Shown: positions 43,423 to 53,541, numbered from the stretch's first letter. The stretch: DNA of 64,000 bases from Gammaproteobacteria bacterium (GCA_963662545.2 CAXXLL010000003.1:2400001-2464000); one strand, 5' to 3'. Translations and numbers: made by a program. Notes: generated from the letters alone by a model not told the origin.

Positions 43423-43929
43423 ATGAATCCGGAAGAATTGAAAGCACTGCAGGCGCCGATCAAGGATCAATACAAGGAAACGCCTGAAGCCGCGCTCATT
43501 ACATTGCGCGCGGAATCCAACGGCGCCGAAGGTGTCGCTTGCAAGCTCGAAACTTCCAAGGGCATGCTTGAAGCCGGTCTCCATCCCGCGACCGGAGGCG
43601 ATGGTACACAAGCCTGCTCGGGCGACATGTTGCTGGAAGCGCTGACGGCTTGTGCCGGGGTGACCCTGCAAGCGGTCGCAACCACATTCGGCGTTGAACT
43701 CACCAAATCGAGAATCATCGCCGAAGGCGACCTCGATTTCCGCGGAACGCTCGGCGTGGCCAAGGATGCGCTGGTCGGTTTCCGGGACATCCGGCTGACC
43801 TTCGATATCGATGCCGATGCGCCCGTTGAAACACTCGCCAAGATCGCGCAGTTGACTGAACGTTATTGCGTGGTGCTGCAGACCATTCAGCAGAAGCCGA
43901 ACATCGAGGTCATCACGGCCGGCAGTTAA
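43423..43929 (+). CDS. OsmC/Ohr family protein
   Basis: AGLHPATGG, LEAL.ACAG and TERYCVV motifs. Confidence 0.88.
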   Translation: MNPEELKALQAPIKDQYKETPEAALITLRAESNGAEGVACKLETSKGMLEAGLHPATGGDGTQACSGDMLLEALTACAGVTLQAVATTFGVELTKSRIIAEGDLDFRGTLGVAKDALVGFRDIRLTFDIDADAPVETLAKIAQLTERYCVVLQTIQQKPNIEVITAGS

Positions 43930-44097
43930 AAACGGCGGGTACTGACGTATCCGACTTGCAGGCTGCTACCCGCCCGCATATTTCACCAGCCGTTTACCGC
44001 GGCGGCTTCATCGATGAGTGTTCCCGCCCGTTCCGGCATTGCATTGCGGCTTGCAACATGATGTCGAGATTGCCAACCATATCTATGCCAATCGCCA

Positions 44098-45204
44098 TCA
44101 CGCCGCGGAAATTTCCAGGGGCGACGGTTCAACCAGCAGATTGGTGTCCCACTTCTTCAATTCGGGCAATACGTGCTGTGCGAAGCACCGCATGTTGCGC
44201 TCGGCTTCATGGTACGGCATGCCCGCATAGCTGAAATTACCCATGATGCCGTTCATGTCGATCTGGTCCCTCATGTAGGCGATTTTCTCGAGCACCTGCT
44301 CCGGCGTACCCCAGGGCATTAATTTCACGAAATCCTCGGCCGCGCCGTCCAGACCTTGCTTTTCGATGTATTTGCCGACGTTTTTGTAGAACTCGTACCC
44401 TTCGTGGCTGCCAAATTTCTCCGAGGTCATCTCGTAGTGTTTCATCGCCGAGTGGTAATACCGGCCGATCCATTTGTACGCCATCTCCTCGGCCCGGTCC
44501 TGATCCTCGTCAACAAAGTAGAAACCGCCGCAGAGCGGCTGCGGCGGCTCGCAACCATTTGTGTTCAGGAAAACGTCCCGATAGACCGCGAAATCCTGTT
44601 GCACGACGTCCCAGGGTTTTTGCGGGATCACGAGCAGGCCGATACCCAGCTTCGCCATGATGGGCATGGATTCCGGCGACACGGCGGCCGCGTACGTTCT
44701 GCCCTTGAATGACTTGAAAGGGAACGGACGGATGTCCCGCCGCGGTTGATTGAGCGTGTCGCCGCCCTCCAGGTACCCGCGCTCCAACCCCTCGATCAAC
44801 AGTTCTGCGTACTCTACGAATCGCTGTCGGCCAGTTCCCTGATCGATTCGGAATCCCTCGAATTCGACGTTTCCCAAGCCGCGGCCAAGCCCGAGGATCA
44901 TGCGCCCGCCCGACAGGTGATCCAGCAGCGAAATCTGCTCAGCGACCCGCATCGGATCGTGCCACGGCAGAACGATAACCATGGTGCCCAATTTTACGTG
45001 CCGTGTCTTGCCTGCCATATAAGTCAGGAACTGCACGACGTCCGGACACATCGTGTAATCGGTGAAGTGATGTTCGACCGACCATATCGAATCAAAGCCC
45101 AAGGGTTCGGCCATTTCGGCAAGACGTACCTCCTCGCGATATACCTCGGTATCCGGCAGTCTGTTTTCCGGATTTTGAAATACGGGTGCATAGCCTACGT
45201 GCAT
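44098..45204 (-). CDS. Luciferase-like (LLM) flavin-dependent oxidoreductase
   Basis: AEPLGFDSIWSVEHHF, LDHLSGGR..LGLGRG and GTPEQV motifs. Confidence 0.92.
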   Translation of the reverse strand: MHVGYAPVFQNPENRLPDTEVYREEVRLAEMAEPLGFDSIWSVEHHFTDYTMCPDVVQFLTYMAGKTRHVKLGTMVIVLPWHDPMRVAEQISLLDHLSGGRMILGLGRGLGNVEFEGFRIDQGTGRQRFVEYAELLIEGLERGYLEGGDTLNQPRRDIRPFPFKSFKGRTYAAAVSPESMPIMAKLGIGLLVIPQKPWDVVQQDFAVYRDVFLNTNGCEPPQPLCGGFYFVDEDQDRAEEMAYKWIGRYYHSAMKHYEMTSEKFGSHEGYEFYKNVGKYIEKQGLDGAAEDFVKLMPWGTPEQVLEKIAYMRDQIDMNGIMGNFSYAGMPYHEAERNMRCFAQHVLPELKKWDTNLLVEPSPLEISAA

Positions 45205-45243
45205 GACACACTCCTCGGGATTGAAATTTTCAAAGATTTGAAA

Positions 45244-45774
45244 CTATACCGGCACCGCATTGACGAGTACCGCCGCGAGCAGGCAGGGTTCGTCCGTGCG
45301 CACGCTCCAGGAATGTTTCGTGCCGCGTTGAATCATGACGTCCCCCTGCTTGAGACAGACTTCACCTTCATCCAGGATTGCCCAGATTTCTCCGCGAAGT
45401 ACGACGAGGTAATCGATCGTCGCAGTCGTGTGCATCATGGGATCGTCGGAAACGCCGTCCGCGGCGTGGCCGGCCCCGATTGAATCAAAGGCTTCTGCGG
45501 CGTCGCCTTGCCCGCGCCACGCTGAATCGGGTGGAAATTCGACGATGCGAAATATCGTGCCATTGGCAGGCGGTTCGAGTACCACCGGACGATCCGCTGC
45601 ATCGTCGGTACCGCCGTTGTCTACGGGCATGGTGTTCGTTTCCCACAGATCGGTCAACGCAAGCCCCGGCATCGATTCCATCCCCTGAACGTTCCCCGCA
45701 TCGCCGTCCATGATGAAAACCGATCTGCCTTGATCGTCATGTCCCGTAACGACTCGGCGTATTTTTTGAACCAT
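45244..45774 (-). CDS. Cupin domain protein
   Basis: RRVVTGHD, MHTTATIDY and QRGTKHSW motifs. Confidence 0.88.
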   Translation of the reverse strand: MVQKIRRVVTGHDDQGRSVFIMDGDAGNVQGMESMPGLALTDLWETNTMPVDNGGTDDAADRPVVLEPPANGTIFRIVEFPPDSAWRGQGDAAEAFDSIGAGHAADGVSDDPMMHTTATIDYLVVLRGEIWAILDEGEVCLKQGDVMIQRGTKHSWSVRTDEPCLLAAVLVNAVPV

Positions 45775-46110
45775 CAGGGTGTCTCTTCGCTGGGGTTAAA
45801 AGTTATGCGGTATCTATAGTACCCAATTCAGAAACGGTTATTTGCCACCAGAAGAATGGGGTTCGGCTTAGCCTATGATAAACTCGTAACACGACGTGCT
45901 GAGGGGATCATTACGTGGAATTCTCGCTTGTTTTTAGCAATAGCTCGTCAAAATCCGGGTGGGTCTCAGGGACTACGAATCCGACGGATATCTCAAGGAC
46001 CTGACAGGTTTGGATCATCCGCCTAAGGATGCGAAATTCGAGGACCTCGCAGCACACGCGTTTATCGTGACCACCGAACCCATCACTACGATTCCGCTCG
46101 CGCCTGCGCC

Positions 46111-46779
46111 GTGCTGACAGCACGATCCGTGGTGGTGACCGGCGCAAGCGGCGTCCTGGGACAGGTCGTGGCCGAAACCGCCCGCCTGCAGGGCGCCTCG
46201 GTGTCGGCGCTGGACCTCCACGAAGGTCCCGGCCACGAAGACATTCGAAAATTTGCCGTCGACCTGATCGATGCGCCAGCGACCATGGAATGCATCCGGC
46301 AGATCGGTGACATCGACGTGGTTTTCAACATTGCCGGCGGATTTGCCATGGGTCCGGCAGTCCATGAGACGACGGCTGATCAATGGGACCACATGTTTCG
46401 CATGAACGTCGTGACGATGCGCAACACCGTCAACGCCGCTATCCCGCAAATGATGGCCCGCGGCTACGGCAGTATTGTCAATGTCGGTGCGATGTCCGCG
46501 CGCGAAGGCCAGGCCAACATGGGCGCTTATTGCGTCGCCAAGAGCGCCGTCATGCGACTGACCGAAAGCCTGTCGAAGGAATTAAGGCAGCAGGGCATTA
46601 ACGTCAACGCCGTTCTACCCAGCATCATCGACACCCCCGCCAATCGCGCGGACATGCCCGACGCGGATTTCTCGAATTGGGTACGGCCGCAGGATCTGGC
46701 GAACGTCATCTGCTTTCTGGGTTCCGAGGCGGCTCGCGCCGTGCACGGCGTGTTGCTGCCGGTTCAGGCGCTTGCTTGA
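46111..46779 (+). CDS. Short-chain dehydrogenase/reductase
   Basis: TGASGVLG, NIAGG and YCVAK motifs. Confidence 0.9.
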   Translation: MLTARSVVVTGASGVLGQVVAETARLQGASVSALDLHEGPGHEDIRKFAVDLIDAPATMECIRQIGDIDVVFNIAGGFAMGPAVHETTADQWDHMFRMNVVTMRNTVNAAIPQMMARGYGSIVNVGAMSAREGQANMGAYCVAKSAVMRLTESLSKELRQQGINVNAVLPSIIDTPANRADMPDADFSNWVRPQDLANVICFLGSEAARAVHGVLLPVQALA

Positions 46780-46845
46780 ATTCGGACGCCGGAATCTGCC
46801 ACGATTTTCTCCTCTAACTTCGCCACTGAATACGTTCGCTTAAAA

Positions 46846-47607
46846 TCACGCGACCCGCTCAGGTCCTTTTGGCAGGGTTGGCCAAAATTCCGGGTCGTGT
46901 CCATAGATGATCTGCGCGCCGCGCGCCTGCAGTTCGCGGAATTTATTGAGCGATGCGATCGTTTGTTCGCGGTCGTGCATGACTCCCGGTAAAGCGAGCT
47001 CTTCCAGGGTCTTGCGCAGGTAACAGGCATCACCCGTCAGCACGTATTCGCCTTTCGCGGTTTGAATCTTGAGCGATTGGTGGCCCGGGGTATGGCCGTA
47101 GGTGGGAATGCACACGACGCTGCCGTCCCCGAAGAGATCGTATTCACCCTCTATGATTTTGATGTCCTGCCCGGTGTCGTAATCCGACCGGACGTATCCG
47201 CCGTCGGGCTCCGGCTTGGTGGCCCAGTCCCATTCGCGTTTCTGGATGATGACAGGCGCATTGACAACCTTGTCATTGCATCCGCAATGGTCGAAATGCA
47301 GGTGCGAGTTGACGACGAAATCTATCCGCGCGATATCGATATCCACGGTTTCCAGCCGCGACGCGATCTCTTCTCCATCGCTGAAGTGGACCTCCGTCAT
47401 GCCCGCCAGCCGTTCTCCCATATATCCAACCGGATCCGTTCGTATCACCTCGTTCAGTCCGGTATCAAACAACACTGTCCCTTTAGGATGCTTGATCAAA
47501 AACGACGGGATCGGTGCGCGCATCGTGCCGTCTTCGGCGTTTTCGAAAAATATTGCGAGCGGCATCGTGAGTTGGCCGCACTCAAAAGCGTAGATTTCGG
47601 CAGTCAT
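46846..47607 (-). CDS. N-acyl homoserine lactonase-like metallo-beta-lactamase fold hydrolase
   Basis: SHLHFDH, GHTPGHQS, GDA and GHD motifs. Confidence 0.88.
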   Translation of the reverse strand: MTAEIYAFECGQLTMPLAIFFENAEDGTMRAPIPSFLIKHPKGTVLFDTGLNEVIRTDPVGYMGERLAGMTEVHFSDGEEIASRLETVDIDIARIDFVVNSHLHFDHCGCNDKVVNAPVIIQKREWDWATKPEPDGGYVRSDYDTGQDIKIIEGEYDLFGDGSVVCIPTYGHTPGHQSLKIQTAKGEYVLTGDACYLRKTLEELALPGVMHDREQTIASLNKFRELQARGAQIIYGHDPEFWPTLPKGPERVA

Positions 47608-47812
47608 GGTGATTCCTTAAAGGTTTGTACCATCAGGGGAACGTGAGATTGATCAGAATCGATGTTAATTGCGGCCGAGGGAAGGAGCAAGGAGCGCCGG
47701 CCTTGTAGATGGTATCCACGTTTTTGGCGACCCGTTTTAAGCTGTCGGCATATTCGCCAACGTAAATCCATCCGGTATTGCCATGACGTTCGGGGCGGGT
47801 GACACTGCATGA

Positions 47813-48415
47813 ATGACCCGTTCACCGCGCTTTGACAGCAGATGCTGCGTCCGGCGCCGCACATTTCTTGCCGGTATGCTGGGCAGCACCTTATTCGGAA
47901 TCGGCACTTTCGCCGCCACGAACGCTGGAACGCGTTCAAAAGACCCTCGGAAATTGCCGCCACAAATCGGCGACGAACTGGTACGTCCCTCTTGGGAAGA
48001 TGAAGGTCGCATCATTTCAATCGACGACCTCCCGTTGAACGGCCCGCCGCTTCTCGCCTACCCGCGCGATCCTGCTGCGGGAATCGCGCGCGAACGGTCC
48101 CGATTGAATCAGATCCTGCTCGTGCGTCTCGAGTACACCGAAATGAGCGAGCAGACTCGTGCAGTCGCGGATGCAGGCATCGTCGCCTATTCCGGGATTT
48201 GCACACACGAAGCCTGCGGCGTGTCGGAATGGAACGCGGCCGACCGGTATTTCATCTGTCCCTGTCACGCCTCCGAGTTCGACCCCAGGAATCGCGCGGC
48301 AGTGGTGGGCGGACCCGCTCGGCGTGCCCTCCCCGCCTTACCGATCAAACGCGTCGGCCGGAACATCGTCGTAGCCGGAAAATTTACGAACCGTGTTGGC
48401 GCAAAAAGAAAGTGA
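47813..48415 (+). CDS. Tat-exported Rieske [2Fe-2S] protein
   Basis: RRRTFL leader; CTHEAC and CPCHASEF boxes; GPARRALP. Confidence 0.9.
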   Translation: MTRSPRFDSRCCVRRRTFLAGMLGSTLFGIGTFAATNAGTRSKDPRKLPPQIGDELVRPSWEDEGRIISIDDLPLNGPPLLAYPRDPAAGIARERSRLNQILLVRLEYTEMSEQTRAVADAGIVAYSGICTHEACGVSEWNAADRYFICPCHASEFDPRNRAAVVGGPARRALPALPIKRVGRNIVVAGKFTNRVGAKRK

Positions 48416-48423
48416 ATCAAACC

Positions 48424-50142
48424 ATGAAACGATCGATGAGATTCTTCGCGCTTGCGTGCATAAATACCTTAGTTTCACTCGCCGTAGATGCAGAACCCAT
48501 TGACTATAATCCGGTCACCGCCGATCGCCTAATCGAGCCGGAGCCCCGGAATTGGCTGATGTACCGCGGCACTTATGACAGCTGGGGATACAGCCCGCTC
48601 GACCAGATCACACCCGACAACGTGGCTGGTCTCATCCCCGTCTGGACCTTTTCCACCGGCGTCGAGGAAGCGCACCAGTCGCCGCCCATCGTCAACGATG
48701 GGATCATGTTCATCACGACGCCTGAAAACCAGGTCTTGGCGCTCGACGCCCGCACGGGCGATTTGATCTGGCGTTACCGGCGCGAATTGCCGGACGATCT
48801 TATGCAACTCCACCCGACCAATCGCGGTGTCGCCTTGTGGAGCGATCGTGTCTATCTCGCAACCGTCGACGCTTACCTGATCGCGCTCGATGCCCGCACT
48901 GGAGAAGTGATATGGGAGCGCGAGGTCGAGGATTATCTCGGGGGTTATTACATGACTCTTGCGCCGCTGGTAGTCGACGGCAAGGTAATGGTCGGCATGT
49001 CGGGCGGCGACCTCGGCATCCGCGGTTTCATCCAGGCTTTCTCGGCGGATGCCGGCGAGCCGCTGTGGAAGACTTACATGGTGCCGGGACCCGGCGAGCC
49101 AGGCCACGATACCTGGCCCGGTGATACCTGGAAGCGGGGCGGCGTTTCGATTTGGGTAACGGGCAGTTACGATCCGGACACCCAGCTCGCCTACTGGGGC
49201 ACCGGCAACGCGGGGCCTTGGATCGGAGATCAACGGTCGGGCGACAATCTCTACGCGACTTCGGTGCTTGCGCTCGATATCGCCACCGGCGAGGTGCGCG
49301 CACATCATCAATATCACTGGAATGATTCGTGGGACTGGGACGAAGTCTCAGCACCTCTGCTCGTCGATATCGAGCGCGGCGGCAGAAAGATCAAGACCCT
49401 CGTTCACGCGGGACGCAATGGCTATCTATGGCTGCTCGAACGAAGCGCTGAGGACATTCGTTTCGTCGATGCGACCCCGTTCGTACGTCAGAACGTCTTC
49501 ACTCGGCTCGACCCGGAGTCCGGCCGTCCGGAATACGACCCGACCAAGGTTCCGCGGACCGGTTCGCGCGTCGAGTTCTGCCCCAGCATCTGGGGCGGTA
49601 AGGACTGGCCACCGTCCGCTTACAATCCCAAGACCGGCTACCTCTACATTCCGGCGAACGAGAATCTTTGCGGCGCATTTACAGGTGAACCGGCGAAATA
49701 CCGGCGCGGAGAGCTTTATCTGGGCATGCAGTTTTCGACGATCGAAGTTTTTCCGCACGAGGACGCCGCGCATCACATCGGCGAATTGCAGGCCTGGGAT
49801 CTGACCGCAGGGAAAAAAGTCTGGACGGTTGAGTTTCCGTTTCACAACTGGGGTCCGGTTCTGACCACCGGTGGCGGTCTGGTGTTCTCCGGCGGGACCA
49901 ACGACCGCTATTTCCGCGCCTTCGACGCCAAGACCGGCGAAACACTGTGGAAACAACGGACCAACTCGGGCATCGTCGGCGTCCCGACCAGCTACAAAAT
50001 CGACGGCGTGCAATACGTCGCTGTGCAGTCAGGCTGGGGTGTCGACGCTCAACGCAAGCAGGAATATTTGGACAAGGCTTTCGGCACGAAGACGCACGTA
50101 CCGCAAGGTGGCGTGCTGTGGGTGTTCGCGCTGGGCAATTGA
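48424..50142 (+). CDS. PQQ-dependent dehydrogenase (alcohol-type), atypical active site
   Basis: YSPLDQI, TNRG, GTGN, WDWD and GRNG motifs plus W-docking repeats. An alternative GTG at 48412 overlaps the Rieske stop. Confidence 0.92.
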   Translation: MKRSMRFFALACINTLVSLAVDAEPIDYNPVTADRLIEPEPRNWLMYRGTYDSWGYSPLDQITPDNVAGLIPVWTFSTGVEEAHQSPPIVNDGIMFITTPENQVLALDARTGDLIWRYRRELPDDLMQLHPTNRGVALWSDRVYLATVDAYLIALDARTGEVIWEREVEDYLGGYYMTLAPLVVDGKVMVGMSGGDLGIRGFIQAFSADAGEPLWKTYMVPGPGEPGHDTWPGDTWKRGGVSIWVTGSYDPDTQLAYWGTGNAGPWIGDQRSGDNLYATSVLALDIATGEVRAHHQYHWNDSWDWDEVSAPLLVDIERGGRKIKTLVHAGRNGYLWLLERSAEDIRFVDATPFVRQNVFTRLDPESGRPEYDPTKVPRTGSRVEFCPSIWGGKDWPPSAYNPKTGYLYIPANENLCGAFTGEPAKYRRGELYLGMQFSTIEVFPHEDAAHHIGELQAWDLTAGKKVWTVEFPFHNWGPVLTTGGGLVFSGGTNDRYFRAFDAKTGETLWKQRTNSGIVGVPTSYKIDGVQYVAVQSGWGVDAQRKQEYLDKAFGTKTHVPQGGVLWVFALGN

Positions 50143-50209
50143 TCGACCGTCGCGTCCGGACGCTGCGCCGGGATCGAAATCGAAAGACGTCACAGCCGAT
50201 AGTTGCTTA

Positions 50210-51274
50210 CTACCGGCCCGGGGTATGACTGCGGTCGATAAACTTGTCGAAGTAAATATCGCGGCCTCGTACGCCGGCATTCATGAGGATCGGCAGTGCG
50301 GCATCTATCATCCCGGGGGGGCCGCACAAATAAGTCTGACAGCCTTGGAGCTTGAACTCATTCACTGCCTCGATGAAGTCGGTGACTAAGCCGCGCGCAC
50401 CCTGCCAGTCGCTGTCTTCGGGTTCTTCGGATAACACCGGAAGAAAGCGGATCGGCCCGGCCCATCCCTTCGTGAGCGTTTCCACGAACGCATCCTCGTA
50501 GAGGTCGGCACGCGTGCGCGCACCGTAGAGATAAACCACGCGACGAGACAGACCGACCTGGCGACCCACCTCCAGCATGGCTTTGATCGGCGCCATGCCG
50601 CTGCCGCCGGCAATACACAAGATCGGCGCGTCCGATTCGCGCAGCCGGAACACACCGAATGGGCCTTCGACTCCAAGGGTCGCGCCCACGCAGTCGCCCG
50701 CGGCAAACCAACCCGACACTTCGCCGTCTGGGATCAGGCGTACATGGAAGGAGAGATCATCGCTGCCGTCACTTCTCGGCGCCTGCGCAAAGGAATACGA
50801 CCGGCTCCCCTCTACTCCCGGCACGCTGAGGTTCGCGTATTGGCCAGCGTAGTAGTCCATAGGCCCGTCGAGGGAGATGCGTACATGTAGGATATCGCGC
50901 GTCAGATTGGAGACCGACGTCAAACTACCGTTGAAGTTTCGCGCCGGAATCATATCGAGGCCATCGTCGAGCGAGGTGACTCGGATTTTGAGATCGCTCT
51001 TGGCCAGCGATTGGCAGGCGAGAATATATCCGCCGCGCATTTCCGCCACGTCGAGCGTGTAGGCGAAATCGGTCAGCGGCTTGATGTCGCCTTCGAGCAG
51101 TAGTGTCTTGCAGGATGAACAGGCGCCGACCTGGCATTCGTGGGGATAAGCGAGCCCGGCCTTGAGCGCGGCTTTGAGGATCGTTTCGCGGGCGTCGACC
51201 GTCAAGCTTATGCCGAAAGGCTCAACGTAGACCTGATGGGTTTTAGGCGTGCGGCTGAATATGCGCTTAAGCAT
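50210..51274 (-). CDS. 2Fe-2S/FAD/NAD reductase component (XylA-like)
   Basis: CQVGACSSC...ACQ plant-type Fe-S motif; RSYS, GGSGMAP and CGPP motifs. Confidence 0.9.
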   Translation of the reverse strand: MLKRIFSRTPKTHQVYVEPFGISLTVDARETILKAALKAGLAYPHECQVGACSSCKTLLLEGDIKPLTDFAYTLDVAEMRGGYILACQSLAKSDLKIRVTSLDDGLDMIPARNFNGSLTSVSNLTRDILHVRISLDGPMDYYAGQYANLSVPGVEGSRSYSFAQAPRSDGSDDLSFHVRLIPDGEVSGWFAAGDCVGATLGVEGPFGVFRLRESDAPILCIAGGSGMAPIKAMLEVGRQVGLSRRVVYLYGARTRADLYEDAFVETLTKGWAGPIRFLPVLSEEPEDSDWQGARGLVTDFIEAVNEFKLQGCQTYLCGPPGMIDAALPILMNAGVRGRDIYFDKFIDRSHTPGR

Positions 51275-51288
51275 GAAGACAGGCGATG

Positions 51289-51353
51289 TTCGCCCGCAAG
51301 CAGGCTCTTACAGGGGTTTTTTCACGCCCGTAGGAGCTCGCTTGCAGGTGAAT
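51289..51353. repeat. Degenerate REP doublet between the monooxygenase and reductase genes
   Basis: TTCGCCCGCAAGCAGGCTCTTAC ... GTAGGAGCTCGCTTGCAGGTGAAT. Confidence 0.75.
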
Positions 51354-51382
51354 GAAAGATAGTTTTCGCTCGTGCAGTACCT

Positions 51383-52558
51383 TTATTGAGGGGCCGTCGC
51401 AGCCCGGGTATACACGGAAATACCACTCCCCGCGTTTTGCTCGACGGCAATCTGTCGCTCCTGCGCCGTCGCGAATTCCTCGTCCCACTTGAGTATCTGG
51501 GGCCCTGTTACCCAGCGGAACACGGGCGGGAAGTAGGCCAAGAAGGCATTCGTAACGCAGCCGGTTTTCAGTATGGGCACATTGCCCGCTTTGGCCTTGG
51601 ACAATTCGTGAAAAGGCCGGTTCGGGTGCGTATGGTGTTCGGAGTGTTTGCTCACGTTGAACAACACGACTTGAGAGCAGAGGCGGTTGCAGTTCCACGA
51701 ATGCCGCGTGCCATAGGTCTCACCGGGCGACAACACCAGCCCGTGATGGAACATGTAGCCGATCGCCTCGTACATCATCTTGCTCATCCAGAATGCGATC
51801 GTATACATGCCGACCGCGAGCCAGCCGCCTAGGAGGAACACCGCGGTCCACACGACGCCGATACGCAGCCCGCATCGGATCATCTTGTTGCCGATCGAAA
51901 TGACCCCGTGCCCGTGTTTCGCCAGGCGTTTTGTTTCAACGTCCCAGGCATAGAGGATTTGCTTGAAGGGCGCGGTCGAATAAAACGCCCAATAACTGTC
52001 CCCGCGCAGCGACAGTGATGCGTCGTACGGTTGCCCGAGCGTGTGGTGATGGCCGTAGACGTGTTCGGTCTCGAACGGAATACCGCCGGACATCGCAAAG
52101 AACCAACGCCCGAAGAACATCGCGACCGGATCCCAGGTCCGGTGAATGAGCTCGTGGCCCATAATGGTGTTAATAATTGCAAGCATTAAACCGAGGCCCA
52201 AGGCACCGCCCACGTAATCAATGATCCCGTTGCTGGCCTTCGCGGCCAGTGCGTCGTAGCCAGTCAGAGCCGCGACTGCGCTACCGATACCGAATAAATC
52301 GCCCGGCGCTATGGTCCAGATAAAGATCACCGCGGTGCCCACTATCACCGGAAAGTAGCTGTACAGAATCAAGTTCAGGATCTGTGGGTAGCTGTATTCA
52401 GGTGCTTCGCCATGATCACCGAACAGAAAATCACCGCCGACGGTGCCCACGATCGTGAATACGTATCCGAGCCACAGCCAGTGGCCGCCGAGTATGAATC
52501 CGAACACCGTTACGCCGATGAGAATATCGTTCGATAAATACTTGAGGTATTTCAGCAT
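51383..52558 (-). CDS. Membrane di-iron monooxygenase (AlkB/XylM/CymAa family)
   Basis: His boxes HELIH, EHVYGHH and HSEHH; HSWN; N-terminal TM helices. Confidence 0.9.
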   Translation of the reverse strand: MLKYLKYLSNDILIGVTVFGFILGGHWLWLGYVFTIVGTVGGDFLFGDHGEAPEYSYPQILNLILYSYFPVIVGTAVIFIWTIAPGDLFGIGSAVAALTGYDALAAKASNGIIDYVGGALGLGLMLAIINTIMGHELIHRTWDPVAMFFGRWFFAMSGGIPFETEHVYGHHHTLGQPYDASLSLRGDSYWAFYSTAPFKQILYAWDVETKRLAKHGHGVISIGNKMIRCGLRIGVVWTAVFLLGGWLAVGMYTIAFWMSKMMYEAIGYMFHHGLVLSPGETYGTRHSWNCNRLCSQVVLFNVSKHSEHHTHPNRPFHELSKAKAGNVPILKTGCVTNAFLAYFPPVFRWVTGPQILKWDEEFATAQERQIAVEQNAGSGISVYTRAATAPQ

Positions 52559-52896
52559 TTCAATGCCTCCCTGTGACCGCTCGGCAGCGAAGGCCGAGAG
52601 GTCCGCTACCTGGGAACGCCTGAGGTAATTGTCACATGATCCGGCGGCGAAATATCCTATTTCGACGAAATCACGGTTGGTATTCGGGCCAATACCCGCC
52701 CGCCGGACTGCGCTAAGCCCCTAATTTATCGGAACATTCTGCGAGGGCCGTAGATCCGACCCGCGGAGGACAGACGTATTGCCGGAGAATGCGTTTGCTC
52801 GTTCAGGAACACTCATAATCCGCTTACCATAAACGCCTGAATCGAAAAGATGCTAGGGCTTCGGGTTCATAAAGGTTCCAAAATGCGCGTCTTTGA

Positions 52897-53541
52897 TCAT
52901 TCCACGCTGGCGGCAAAAACACTCAAATCCTGCGGCCCGCCACGCTCAAGCGCCCGTTTATAAGCGTCGCGCGAGCGCAAACCGTCGAGATATTTCTGCA
53001 AGCCGGGGAAACTCTTCAAGCGTCCGCGGCATTCCGAAAATTCAAGTGTCCAGCCGAGGTTAGTGTCCGCCGCCGAGAAGCCCGAGGCCAGCACGAACTC
53101 GCGCCCGTCGAGACTGTCCTGCAGAAACTGGTGATTCTTCGTGATCTCAACGTCGAAAAAACCCATCAGCGTGTCGTTGCCACCACCGGTCCACGCGTAC
53201 AGAAGATCGACGATTAAGCCCGGAAACAAGGTGCCTTCCGAATAGGCCGACCATTGCAGGTATTCGCCGTATTCCGGTGAGTCGGAACTGCGGCTCAGGC
53301 GGCCGCCACCCAGCTTGTTGCAGACGTATTCGGTGATGGCTTCGGATTCAACAATGAGTTTGCCATCGTGCTCGATCGTCGGCGCTTTGCCGAGCGGATG
53401 CACCTGGTTCAGTGAGTCGGGCGAACGTTGTGTTTCGGCATCGCGTTGATGCTTGACGATGTCGTAGGTAATTTCGAGCTCTTCGCACAGGAACAAGATG
53501 CGCTGCGAGCGGGAATTGTTCAAATGATGGACGGTGAGCAT
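52897..53541 (-). CDS. Glutathione S-transferase
   Basis: HHLNNSRSQRI, HPLGKAP and ESEAI motifs. Confidence 0.92.
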   Translation of the reverse strand: MLTVHHLNNSRSQRILFLCEELEITYDIVKHQRDAETQRSPDSLNQVHPLGKAPTIEHDGKLIVESEAITEYVCNKLGGGRLSRSSDSPEYGEYLQWSAYSEGTLFPGLIVDLLYAWTGGGNDTLMGFFDVEITKNHQFLQDSLDGREFVLASGFSAADTNLGWTLEFSECRGRLKSFPGLQKYLDGLRSRDAYKRALERGGPQDLSVFAASVE

